Assembly: GCA_002684655.1 (NCBI GenBank)
Contig: NYVR01000076.1
Span: 104 to 64,103 of the forward strand
Direction: 5' to 3'
DNA length: 64,000 nucleotides
DNA from: Planctomycetota bacterium
GTDB taxonomy: Bacteria; Planctomycetota; UBA1135; UBA2386
Part shown: positions 38,103-47,395 of the stretch, piece after piece
Position numbering within the stretch: position 1 is the first letter of the stretch
How the letters are laid out: each line of letters begins with the position of its first letter
Position numbers and translations under genes: made by a program
Notes under the pieces: generated by a model
What the model was told of the DNA's origin: nothing
What the model saw: the letters and a program-made list of their open reading frames with translations, nothing else
Database searches by the model: none

Positions 38103-39172
38103 GCTGGCGCCTCCTCGACGACCGTCGCTTCCCCAGGGAGCATCTGCAGCTCTGGTGCGTCTGCGAAGCCACCGGCGGCGATCCAGTACGATTGCGTCAT
38201 GCCGTCGAGTTCAGCGACGGTCTCTGCTGGCACGACGACGTGAGGCGAAAGGTTCGCCTCAGCTAGCAGCATCATGAGCTCGGCCCGACGCGCTGGGCCG
38301 TCGACGTCGATGAGTTCGGGGGTCGAGTCGATCAGCAGCAGGCGGACGCGCGCGCCTCGCCGCAGCAGCTCCTCGACGAGGGTCGCGCAGGCGCCGAGGC
38401 TCCATTCGCACCGGCGCAGGCCTCGGCCGCGCGGCGTGCCCGGCGCGCGCCGCAGGTCGAGCACGACGCCTACCGAGGTCGGCGTCCTGCCGCGCGTTGT
38501 GCGCCGTACGAGCGCGCCGAGCGTGGCGCTGCGCAGGGCGTGTACAGCGCGGGCGTCCTCGTCCATGTTGTGTTCGCGTAAAGCATAAAACTCTGGACCA
38601 CTCCGCAGGGATCGATCGACCGGCGCGGTCTCCACGTCGGCGCCAGCTTCGAGCAGGTCAGCTCGTAGCGTGACGCGCGCAGGCTCGGTGATCAACGTTG
38701 CCGCAGCGCTCACTATGGAGCGCGAAGCGAACATCCCCAGCGGCCACTCGGACTCCAGCACGAACACCCGTTCAATGATGTGGCTACGGACCATGCTGCG
38801 CTGCCGGAGTTCGACCCGCTGCGGCTGGAACGGAGTCAGCGTCGGGAGCAGGGCAGGGAGCTCGTTACGCATCGAGCGTGGCTCGTGCAGTCGACAGTGT
38901 CGGAGCGGACGACGACCGCGGTGTTCGATCAAGATCTGCTCGGTGTAGAGCGCACCGGCCATGGTCGTCCGCGGCGCCAGATGGACGGCGGTGAGGTGAA
39001 GTCGGCGCTGCTTGGCGACGAAGTCGACGATCACGGGCGCGGTTAGGAGCGCTGCGGCGATTCGGGCGTCCTCTTCTCCTCCAAGCCAAGCGGCGCCGCC
39101 TGTTAAGGCTGCCAGCCAAAGCACGACCTTCCCGCGCGGGGTTAGTTCGAGCGAACTGTTTGGGGTCGCCAT
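38099..39172 (-). CDS. DUF58-family protein
   Basis: It lies between MoxR and the transglutaminase, with a 4-bp overlap. It has N-terminal TM helices and a DUF58-like segment (FYALREHNMDEDARAVHA). Confidence 0.6.
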   Translation of the reverse strand: MATPNSSLELTPRGKVVLWLAALTGGAAWLGGEEDARIAAALLTAPVIVDFVAKQRRLHLTAVHLAPRTTMAGALYTEQILIEHRGRRPLRHCRLHEPRSMRNELPALLPTLTPFQPQRVELRQRSMVRSHIIERVFVLESEWPLGMFASRSIVSAAATLITEPARVTLRADLLEAGADVETAPVDRSLRSGPEFYALREHNMDEDARAVHALRSATLGALVRRTTRGRTPTSVGVVLDLRRAPGTPRGRGLRRCEWSLGACATLVEELLRRGARVRLLLIDSTPELIDVDGPARRAELMMLLAEANLSPHVVVPAETVAELDGMTQSYWIAAGGFADAPELQMLPGEATVVEEAPA

Positions 39173-39183
39173 GGTCGCGCGGG

Positions 39184-40122
39184 TCAGTCGGGCAGTCGCA
39201 TGCCGGCGAGCAAGTCCTCAAGCAGCGCGTCCGTGTTCGCACCTGCGCGCGCCGTCAGCCGGTGCGACCAGGCAGCCACGATGAGCGCGCGCAGGTCGTC
39301 GGGGACCACGAAGTCGCGTCCGCGCACAAACGCTCTGGCGCGGCATGCACGGTGCAGCGCCTGCGCGCCACGTGTGCTGACACCTTGGATGAAATCGTTC
39401 GAAGTGCGCGTGCGGTTGGCGAGCTCCACCACGAACGCGACGAGCTCGCGGTCGCAACGAACGGCGTCGATCGCGTCGCGCGCGGACAGCAGGTCATCAG
39501 ATGTGGCTACGGGCTCGAGCTTGTCGGCCATGCGGTGGCCGTCTTCTCTGCCGACGACGTCGACTTCGAACTCTGGATCCAGGTGGCCTAGCTCGATCCG
39601 TAGCAGGAAGCGATCGAGCTGGTTGTCTGGGAGCATGTAAGTCCCAGCGGCGGTCAGCGGGTTCTGTGTCGCGATCACGAAGAAAGGGTCTGGGAGCGCG
39701 TAGGTCTCCCGGTCCACCGTGACACGTCGCTCGGCCATGCACTCTAGCAGCGCTGACTGCGTGCGCGGCGGGGTGCGGTTGAGCTCGTCGGCCATCAGCA
39801 CCGACGTGAACACTGGGCCCTCGCGGAAGGTGAGTTCGCCCGTTCGCGGGTGGTAGATCTGGGCGCCGATCAGGTCGCTGGGCAGCAGGTCGGCTGTGCA
39901 CTGGATCCGCTGGAACGGCAGGTCTAGGGACAGCGCGAGGCTTCGCGCCATGAGCGTCTTGCCGACGCCAGGCAGGTCTTCGACGAGGAGGTGTCCGCCG
40001 GCGAACAGCGTGATCACCGCCAACTCGATGGCGTCTTGTTTGCCGTGTACAGTTCTGCCAACGGCGTCGATCAGCTTGCTTGCTAGGGGGTTCATTCGCT
40101 GTTCCGTGTGCGGCTCGGCCAT
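39184..40122 (-). CDS. MoxR-family AAA+ ATPase
   Basis: Motifs HLLVEDLPGVGKT, LMADELNRTPPRTQSALLE and VIATQNP are present. Confidence 0.85.
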   Translation of the reverse strand: MAEPHTEQRMNPLASKLIDAVGRTVHGKQDAIELAVITLFAGGHLLVEDLPGVGKTLMARSLALSLDLPFQRIQCTADLLPSDLIGAQIYHPRTGELTFREGPVFTSVLMADELNRTPPRTQSALLECMAERRVTVDRETYALPDPFFVIATQNPLTAAGTYMLPDNQLDRFLLRIELGHLDPEFEVDVVGREDGHRMADKLEPVATSDDLLSARDAIDAVRCDRELVAFVVELANRTRTSNDFIQGVSTRGAQALHRACRARAFVRGRDFVVPDDLRALIVAAWSHRLTARAGANTDALLEDLLAGMRLPD

Positions 40123-40219
40123 GCTAGCACCGTAGTTGCCTCAGGGAAGCGAGGCCGGGCTGCTCCGACGACGTCGCGGTTCGCTGGCGTGGGTGGCGCG
40201 CCGTCGTTACCGTTCGTGC

Positions 40220-41458
40220 GTGAGCGAAGTCCTGGTTGCCAAGTTCCATGCCCGTGGTCATCTGATCGACAGCGGGTTGCTCTCAGATGCAATGGAGGCG
40301 GTGCACGCAGGCGGAGCCAGCTACGAGATCTCACGCCTGGAGATTGGTCGCCGCCGCGCCGACGACAGCGACGTCGAGCTGGAGGTGACGGCGCCGGATC
40401 GCGAGGCGCTGGATAGGGTGCGGGCCGATCTAATGTCGCTCGGGCTCAGCGAGGTCGAGACCGCCGACGCTGTGTGGGAGATCGTCGAGATGGACGGGAC
40501 GGCACCGGAAGGCTTTTACTCGACGACAAACCTCGTGACCCACGCGCGCATCGACGGCCGCTGGGTTGAAGTCGAGCGCCAGCGCATGGACGCCGTCATC
40601 GCAGACACCGGGGACGGTGTCCCGACCTGTATCAAGCTGCGCGACCTCAGGGTCGGCACACGCTGCATCGTCGGCTTCGCCGGAATCCGCGTTACGCCGC
40701 ACACGACCCGAAAGCGGCAGCAGGGGAAGTTCGCGTTCATGCAGGGTGGCGTCAGCTCGGAGCGTCGGCTGGCTGCGCAGGTCGAAGAGGTCGCCGATGC
40801 CTGGCGGCGCGTCCGCGCCGAAGGCCGCAAGGTCGTTCTCGTCGCGGGGCCTGTGGTCGTGCACGTCGGCGCTGCGCCGACGCTCGCAGCCATCGTCGAG
40901 GCTGGACACGTCGACGGCATCCTCAGCGGCAACGCGCTCGCCGTACATGACATCGAGGTCGCGCTATACGGCACCAGCCTCGGTGTAGAGCTGGCGACGG
41001 GTCGACCGGCGGTCCACGGTCACATGCACCACATGCGCGCGATCAACGCGATACGGCGATCGGGCAGCATTCCAGCAGCCGTCGCGGACGGCACGTTGAA
41101 GTCGGGCGTCATGCGAGCGTGCGTCAAGGCGGGCGTCCCTTATTGCCTCGCGGGGTCGATCCGCGACGACGGGCCGCTCCCGGACACCGAGATGGAGCTG
41201 ATCGCGGCGCAAGCTGGCTACGCTGAGATCCTCCAGGGCGCCGGCATGGTCATCATCCTCAGCTCTATGCTTCATGGGATCGGGACCGGGAACATGATCG
41301 CAGCCGACGTTTTGACGGTCTGCGTCGACATCCACCCAGCGGTCGTGAGCAAGCTCAGCGACAGGGGCTCTGCGCAGAGCCAAGGCATCGTTACAGACGT
41401 CGGCGCATTCCTTCACGCCGTCGCGGCCGAGCTCGGCGTTCCGCCCCCAGCGTCCTGA
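40220..41458 (+). CDS. LOR/SDH-domain (TIGR00300-like) protein, possibly an ornithine cyclodeaminase / ornithine-ammonia cyclase type enzyme
   Basis: The N-terminus reads VLVAKFHARGHLIDSGLLSDAM. The size (~410 aa) and overall similarity to this family are judged from memory. The start is uncertain; the GTG at 40220 was chosen. Confidence 0.45.
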   Translation: MSEVLVAKFHARGHLIDSGLLSDAMEAVHAGGASYEISRLEIGRRRADDSDVELEVTAPDREALDRVRADLMSLGLSEVETADAVWEIVEMDGTAPEGFYSTTNLVTHARIDGRWVEVERQRMDAVIADTGDGVPTCIKLRDLRVGTRCIVGFAGIRVTPHTTRKRQQGKFAFMQGGVSSERRLAAQVEEVADAWRRVRAEGRKVVLVAGPVVVHVGAAPTLAAIVEAGHVDGILSGNALAVHDIEVALYGTSLGVELATGRPAVHGHMHHMRAINAIRRSGSIPAAVADGTLKSGVMRACVKAGVPYCLAGSIRDDGPLPDTEMELIAAQAGYAEILQGAGMVIILSSMLHGIGTGNMIAADVLTVCVDIHPAVVSKLSDRGSAQSQGIVTDVGAFLHAVAAELGVPPPAS

Positions 41459-41508
41459 GGGCGTCTGCGCGCTACGGGAAGTGGGCGCCTTCTGCCGATG
41501 AGGGCCTT

Positions 41509-42624
41509 GTGATCGGATCGTTGGTATGCCTTGGCCTCGTCGCCTCGTCGCTGAGCGTGTCGGCAGGCGCGCAGGAGCGCGGGCGAGACGCAGCTGCGCC
41601 ACGCGGTCCGCAGCCGCAGGTCGTGTTGTCCGCTGCGGCAGACACGCTACCCCTCTGCGACTACGGCCTCGGCGACGGCGGCGTCCGCAGCTCTCGCGAC
41701 GGATTGCGCCTTCGCGCGCGGGGCGAGGCGGTCACGCCGGGAGGCGTCGAGGTCGCGTGCCGAGCGGTCGGAGTGAAGCTGTCTTTTCCTTCGGGGTGCG
41801 AGCTCTTAGTCGCGCCGGACGGTGGCTTGCACCTTCGCAGCGGCGAGGTCGCGGGCCCGTTCCCGGCGGGCGTCGAGCTGTTGTTGGGTGACGGAAGTCG
41901 GGTGCAAGTCTCGCTCGTATCCGGCGGCAAGCGTCGGCTGCGCGCGGTCTCGATCGTCGACGGCGATCAATGTCTACAGCTGTGGCGCCGCGGACAGGCC
42001 GCCGCGCGATCTGCGAGGCCTAGTCATTGGGCGGGCGTCCGTTTGTCCTGCTGCGGCGGAGGCGGTGATGTCTATCGACCGATCGCTGTCGGCGCGTTGG
42101 TCACGCTTGAGCGGGTGCTCGTTCGTGACGATCGCCGCGACGTCACGCCGCCTGAGCGGCTCGTGCTGTTGACTCAGCCGCTGTTGGAATCTCTGCAGCG
42201 CCTACCGCGGCAGCACCGCGACACCGAGCAGCGCGTGCGAAGCGCCGTCGCGGCGGTGGCAGCGGTCGCCGAGCGTGGGCAGGCGGTCTTTCCGCACGGG
42301 TCTGGGCTCCACCGCGTCCGCCGTGACCGCGCGCGCTGGTCGCTAGCCGGCGGCTTCGAACTGCAGCTCGCCCTCGAGGGGCCGCTGTGGCCCAGGCTGC
42401 AGCTGTTCGCCGGGCGAAGCATCTCGCCGCTGGTCGAGTGGACGGTCGGTAGCGCAGGCGCGGTGTATCTCTCTAACCCGAACCCCGCCCAGCTAGGCAA
42501 GCGCTGGCATGGGAACGGCACGCGTATGCCGCGGGCGGTCCCCGGCCTCCAGGCGCGTGAGCACCTGGAAGAGCGGAGGCGGGCGATCGGCGTGTTACGT
42601 CGCGTCGAGCGTGCGCGCGGCTGA
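41509..42624 (+). CDS. Hypothetical secreted protein
   Basis: It has a signal peptide (MIGSLVCLGLVASSLSVSAGAQ) from a GTG start. No recognisable family. Confidence 0.45.
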   Translation: MIGSLVCLGLVASSLSVSAGAQERGRDAAAPRGPQPQVVLSAAADTLPLCDYGLGDGGVRSSRDGLRLRARGEAVTPGGVEVACRAVGVKLSFPSGCELLVAPDGGLHLRSGEVAGPFPAGVELLLGDGSRVQVSLVSGGKRRLRAVSIVDGDQCLQLWRRGQAAARSARPSHWAGVRLSCCGGGGDVYRPIAVGALVTLERVLVRDDRRDVTPPERLVLLTQPLLESLQRLPRQHRDTEQRVRSAVAAVAAVAERGQAVFPHGSGLHRVRRDRARWSLAGGFELQLALEGPLWPRLQLFAGRSISPLVEWTVGSAGAVYLSNPNPAQLGKRWHGNGTRMPRAVPGLQAREHLEERRRAIGVLRRVERARG

Positions 42625-42812
42625 CGTTGCGCGAGGTCATCGCTCGGCAGCGGAGCAAAGATCGCGACGATTCGACATCAGCGGTTCATGGCGCCGGCCT
42701 GTAACCTCAGGCTCTTCGTCACTTCGTGAGCGGAGGTGGGGTCGCCTGCGACTTGCCGCGGTCCTGTCAAGCGTGACGGAGCGTCCGCGCCTGCCCTGCT
42801 GTAGCTACAGGG

Positions 42813-43775
42813 CTAGCGTCGCTCTTGTTTGGATCTGTGAGCCTTCTTGGCGCCGTGCTCGCGCAGCGCAGCGGTCACCGCGTCGTCGTCCTGGTCCATC
42901 TTCAGCAGCGCGTCCAGCGCCGCGCGTGTCTTGGTTGCGCCGATCGCGAGCAAGACCATGCGGCGATCCTCGGGCTTGGCGAGGTTGCGCAAGCGACGGC
43001 TGAGCACGTCAGCCGCGCGCTCGCCGTGCAGGACCTTGCTGATGCGACCGACGCAGCGGGCGTAGCGAGCGTCGGTGACAGGCCCCAGGGACACCGCGAG
43101 CGCCGCCACGAGTCCTTCGAGTCGCTGCTCGCCGCACAGCGTCGCGAGCGCGATCTTGTAGTCGATGTCGTCGACTTCCCCGGTCGCGCGCGCCATCAGC
43201 TGGTTCCAGTTGACGGCGGCGAGCTTGCCGCGCAAATCCCCGCGCTCAGCGAGGTAGCGCGTCGCCTCGGTCCGTATCTTGGCGTGACCGTTGATCGCGA
43301 GGTCTACGAGCGCCGTCGCCGTGACCCCCGGCGAAACGCCTCGGTCGCTCGCCGCCAGCACGCGCGCGAAGCGAGCGATCGGGTCGGCCTCACGGTCGGC
43401 GCCGATCAGCGGGTGGCTGCCAGGCCAACCGACCAACTTGAAGTAGGGGGCGCCGCTGCTCGGCAAGCCGAGGCGCGCAGCGGCGACGCTGGCGTCCTGC
43501 AGGCAGAACAGCCGCGACTGCCGCGGGGTCGGTCGATTGTGTAGCGACAGCTTGGGCCAGTCGATGACGGTGACGGCGCGGTCTCCGTCTACGCCTCTGA
43601 TCGCCTCCAGCACCTGCACCCTGTGTAGCGCTAACGCGTCTCCCACGAGCTGCTTGCCGACCTGCCGGCCGATGATGAGGGCGTCGGCGTCGACGACGCC
43701 TTTGCGGAGGCTCTGGCTCGAAGCGGTCGCGGCCAGCGTGAGCGCAGCGCACAGAACAAAGAAGAGTCTGGTCAT
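42813..43775 (-). CDS. Hypothetical secreted protein with a helical-repeat (HEAT-like) C-terminal half
   Basis: It has a signal peptide (MTRLFFVLCAALTLAATASSQ). Its start shares one base with the upstream stop (TGATG). Confidence 0.5.
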   Translation of the reverse strand: MTRLFFVLCAALTLAATASSQSLRKGVVDADALIIGRQVGKQLVGDALALHRVQVLEAIRGVDGDRAVTVIDWPKLSLHNRPTPRQSRLFCLQDASVAAARLGLPSSGAPYFKLVGWPGSHPLIGADREADPIARFARVLAASDRGVSPGVTATALVDLAINGHAKIRTEATRYLAERGDLRGKLAAVNWNQLMARATGEVDDIDYKIALATLCGEQRLEGLVAALAVSLGPVTDARYARCVGRISKVLHGERAADVLSRRLRNLAKPEDRRMVLLAIGATKTRAALDALLKMDQDDDAVTAALREHGAKKAHRSKQERR

Positions 43776-45574
43776 CAGTTGCCGTAGAAGACCTGCTCTC
43801 GCAAGTAGGCCTTGTTGAGGGTGTTGAACTGCGTCGCGCTGCTGGTCGCGCTCGTGAACGAGAGGGACGGGCTCATCAGGTTGGTCGCGCCCGACGGGAA
43901 CAGGCTGACGTTGCGGATGTGTCCGTTGGCGGAGCCAGGGAAGTTGACGTTGTCGTCACCATAGAGGCCTACGGGCATCGGGCCGTTGGTGACGAGGCCT
44001 ACCGAGTGGCCGCACTCGTGCGCCACGACGGTCGCGATGAAGCGGGCGAGCGCGCTGAGGGCGTCGTCGATCTCGTCTGCGCGCGCGTCGCTGAGGTTGC
44101 CGAGGAGGCGCAGTCCGTCCTGCCCGTCGTCGCCGATCGGCACGCCGCTTAGCGACGGGATGAACGGCCCGAACGTCAATCGGAAGTTGCTGGACGAAGG
44201 GGGCCCCATGCCGGCGTCGAAGATCGTGTGGAGGAACACCCCTAAGCGCTCGGTGCCGCTCAGGTCCGTGATCGTGTTGTTGTTCTGGGTCGTGTTCGAC
44301 GGGTCGAAGATCGCGAGCCCGAGCACGCCGGCGGTGCTGCTCTGCCCTGCGATGCTGATAGCCGAGTAGCCGATGGAGTTGTAGGCGACGCTGACCTCAT
44401 CGGGGCCGAAGCTGCCCGGCGGCTGCGTAAGGGTGAAGCTGATCTTGGCGCCGTCGTGGAGCGTCGCGAGCCTGTTTAGTAGGTCCCCCTTGAGACGGTT
44501 CAAGACGACCGCGTTGCTGTCCGCGCTGCCCTGCACGTTGCCGATGGGCGCCTCGCTGAGGACCCCTACGACGGCGAGCAGGTCTTCGAAGTCACTGTTG
44601 CCGTTGGGGCCGGCGATGACATCGACGGAGCGTCCGCCCGGTGTCGCTGAGGTCGCATAGGACTCAAGGTCGCGCGAGAAGTCGAGGAACCAGACTTGGC
44701 TGGGGTTGACCGTTGTCTCGAAGGGCTGCAACGGCGGGCTGAAGGGTCTCACCGTGAACGCGAACTCGGTCGGCGTCGATGAGAGCCCGCTCACGTCGGC
44801 GACGATGACCGTCAGCGTGACGGCCCCTTGCGGGAACTGCACGCTCGCCGGGACGCGATACGTCGCCGCCGCGTTGGTGGCGAGGACTTCAGTCAGCAGC
44901 GGCGCCAGGTTGGTTCCAGCAAGCTGGGTGCCCAGGCTGGTTGAGACGGCCACGTCGGCCGTGATGACGGTCTGTGAGGTCGAGATCGCGGTGTTGTCGG
45001 CGTAGGCGAGGTCGATCGTCCAGCCGTTGGTTGGCACCTGCAGTGTGCCCCCGGCGAGTCCCGTTCCGTTCAGCTCGTCGTCGATATCGGCGATCGTGAC
45101 TTGGTTAACGGTCGGCGGGCTACCGTCGCTCGACGCGATGGTCACGGGGTCGCCGCCCGCTTGCGGCGCGGTGTCTGGGCCGCCGACGACGTCGTTGCCG
45201 CTGCTCATGCGAATCGTCGAAGCACCGAGGGTGAGGGCCACGCCGGCGCCCAGGATGACGCCGATCGAGTTGGGGCTGAGCTGCTGCGGTGACTCGCCGA
45301 CTTCACCCAGTGCGTCGCCCGCGACGAGGTCGACATCATCGTCCGTCAGCAGTTGGTTCGGAACGAGCGATACGGGGCGCGAGAACGCCAAAACCAGCGT
45401 GTCTCCAGCGCTAGGAGGCGCGCCGCCGTTGGCGACCGACGCTGCGACGATCACGGGCGCGGCGCTGCTGTTGCTTCCTCCTCCTCCTCCTCCTCCTCCG
45501 CCGCAGCTCGCGGCGAAGACCAGCAGGGAGGCGCTTAGAAACTGCCGATGCGAGAGGCGCTGCGTTCTGATCAT
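43775..45574 (-). CDS. Lipoprotein zinc metalloprotease (HExxH) with a poly-Gly linker after the lipobox
   Basis: The lipobox and linker read LVFAASCGGGGGGGGGSNS. The C-terminal catalytic motif is VVAHECGHSVGL. Confidence 0.55.
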   Translation of the reverse strand: MIRTQRLSHRQFLSASLLVFAASCGGGGGGGGGSNSSAAPVIVAASVANGGAPPSAGDTLVLAFSRPVSLVPNQLLTDDDVDLVAGDALGEVGESPQQLSPNSIGVILGAGVALTLGASTIRMSSGNDVVGGPDTAPQAGGDPVTIASSDGSPPTVNQVTIADIDDELNGTGLAGGTLQVPTNGWTIDLAYADNTAISTSQTVITADVAVSTSLGTQLAGTNLAPLLTEVLATNAAATYRVPASVQFPQGAVTLTVIVADVSGLSSTPTEFAFTVRPFSPPLQPFETTVNPSQVWFLDFSRDLESYATSATPGGRSVDVIAGPNGNSDFEDLLAVVGVLSEAPIGNVQGSADSNAVVLNRLKGDLLNRLATLHDGAKISFTLTQPPGSFGPDEVSVAYNSIGYSAISIAGQSSTAGVLGLAIFDPSNTTQNNNTITDLSGTERLGVFLHTIFDAGMGPPSSSNFRLTFGPFIPSLSGVPIGDDGQDGLRLLGNLSDARADEIDDALSALARFIATVVAHECGHSVGLVTNGPMPVGLYGDDNVNFPGSANGHIRNVSLFPSGATNLMSPSLSFTSATSSATQFNTLNKAYLREQVFYGN

Positions 45575-46265
45575 GCGGTTGTGGCCAAGTGGGCTTCGTG
45601 GGCGGGGGATCGCTGCATACGAGCTGGCGCGGCCTCGCCTCGCACCCTCGATGCTGGCGGTCGTTCGCTGCAGCGATCCTCGCGGCGGGGCTGGGAGCGA
45701 GCGGACGAGGCGGTCAGCTCGCTACGTGCAGGGCGTCGGCAGCGGCCAGAACCGAAGCTCCTGAGTTGGGCATGCATGGTGTTGGCGACGGGGCCGGTGT
45801 TGATACCGGTGACACCTTCGCCCTTGCATGTTGGCGCATCTTGCGAGCGCAGGCCAGTGTCAGGCCGCCGCTGGCGATCTCCAGCCTCGGCTTTGACGAG
45901 CAGCACGGGTTGTTTTCGTCGTGACCCGCGAGAGGTGGCGGCGCCTCACGTCTTGTTCTCGTCGACGATGACGACGCGCAGATCGATTTCGTCGACGGCA
46001 TCGAGGGATCGTCTCGGCGGTTCTCGGCGGGGCAGCGGACGGCTGGGGGCGCCGCCCGCGCGGGCCACGTCTTTGCGGCGAGTGTTGGGAACGACCGCAC
46101 CGTCAAGAGCTCGCTCGTTTGGCTCGACATGCGATGGTGAGGAAACGCCGTTGGCATCGTCGTCCCCGGTGATGTCTCAGTCCTAACTCAACTCACCGTA
46201 TAGGGATACCGAAAACTCTCAGGCGGGGGGAACGCTCCCGCGCTCGCAACTGGGACATACAGCGG

Positions 46266-47195
46266 ATGATGAAGCTAGCGGTCGGAAAGGTCATCGATGG
46301 ATACCGGATCACGCGATTCCTCGGGCGCGGAGGCTTTGCCTCTGTGTATCTCGCCGAGCACGAGGAGACGGGATCGAAGGTGGCGCTCAAGGTCGGCGGG
46401 ATCTCTGGAGGAGGCCGGCAGGTTACGAGGCTGCTGGAGGTCACGTCCCGCCGGAGCGCGGACGGGATCAGCCCCGACGAGCTCCCGGCAGAGGCGGTCT
46501 TCTTCGAGTCCGGGGGTGTTCGCATCGACCTGTTCGACGAACAGGAGGTCGAGACCTTGCTGCGTAACGAGGGCGAACTGCTTGAGCGCTGTGACCACGA
46601 AAACCTTGTGCGGGTCAGGGACCGGCTGACCGTCGACGGCAGTCCGGTGCTGGTGCTGGACTACGTCCGCGGCAAGACGCTTCGGGAGAAGATCCGCAGC
46701 CTCGAGGGGATCCACCTGAACTGGTTCCTCGCGATCGTGCGCGCGATGAAGTCGCTCAGCGCCAACGGCTCATTGGCCTATCACGGCGACCTCAAGCCGG
46801 AGAACATCATCGTCAAGCCTAGCGGGAAGGTCGTCATGCTCGACCCAGCGATGCGGGACGAGGATCACAACGTTGTGACGACGACGCCGCACTACAACCC
46901 GCTACTGTTGACCGACAGCAAGGCAGACGTAATGGCGATCGGGGTCATGATCTACGAGATCTTGACGGGCACGCTGCCGTTCGACGAGGTGCCGTGGGAG
47001 TACGCGGGCTCGCAGAGCGGCGGGGAGACGCACCGCCTGTCATTGAGCTACTTCTTCAGCTACACGCGACCGAGCGAGCTCAACCCCAAGACGCCCGAGG
47101 AGCTAGAGCGCATCGTCTATCGCTGCATCACGGTGCGCGACTACGGCCTCGACGAGCTGCAGGCAGACCTCGAGGCCTTCATCAGCAAGGCCTAA
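46266..47195 (+). CDS. Stand-alone atypical Ser/Thr protein kinase-like protein
   Basis: The Gly-loop is GRGGFASV, the beta3 lysine is in VALKV, and the catalytic loop is HGDLKPENI (non-RD). LDP replaces DFG. A ~45-aa insert follows the beta3 lysine. Confidence 0.6.
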   Translation: MMKLAVGKVIDGYRITRFLGRGGFASVYLAEHEETGSKVALKVGGISGGGRQVTRLLEVTSRRSADGISPDELPAEAVFFESGGVRIDLFDEQEVETLLRNEGELLERCDHENLVRVRDRLTVDGSPVLVLDYVRGKTLREKIRSLEGIHLNWFLAIVRAMKSLSANGSLAYHGDLKPENIIVKPSGKVVMLDPAMRDEDHNVVTTTPHYNPLLLTDSKADVMAIGVMIYEILTGTLPFDEVPWEYAGSQSGGETHRLSLSYFFSYTRPSELNPKTPEELERIVYRCITVRDYGLDELQADLEAFISKA

Positions 47196-47395
47196 ACCGC
47201 GCGGCGGTCGGGCAAGACACCCGGGCTGCCGCCGCCATCACCCAGCGTGAACGTCGCGCGCTCGCGCGCTGCATCAATTACGCGCGCCGCCCTCCCCGTG
47301 TTACGGGACGTTGGGCCTGCCCCCGTTGACCGCTGTTCGCGATATGGACTACCTTTGAAGGTGCCCCGTTACCCCGCGCCCCACCTGCGCCTTCC

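Noticed and set aside
45900-46150. A possible small gene or receiver-domain remnant. The plus frame reads ...RLVLVDDDDAQIDFVDG... and the minus frame reads ...AVDEIDLRVVIVDENKT*.
   Set aside because: Both strands show GC3 bias because of palindromic codons (GTCGAC, ATCGAT). Neither frame has an ATG, GTG or TTG start after its upstream stop. No receiver-domain motifs follow the DD pair.
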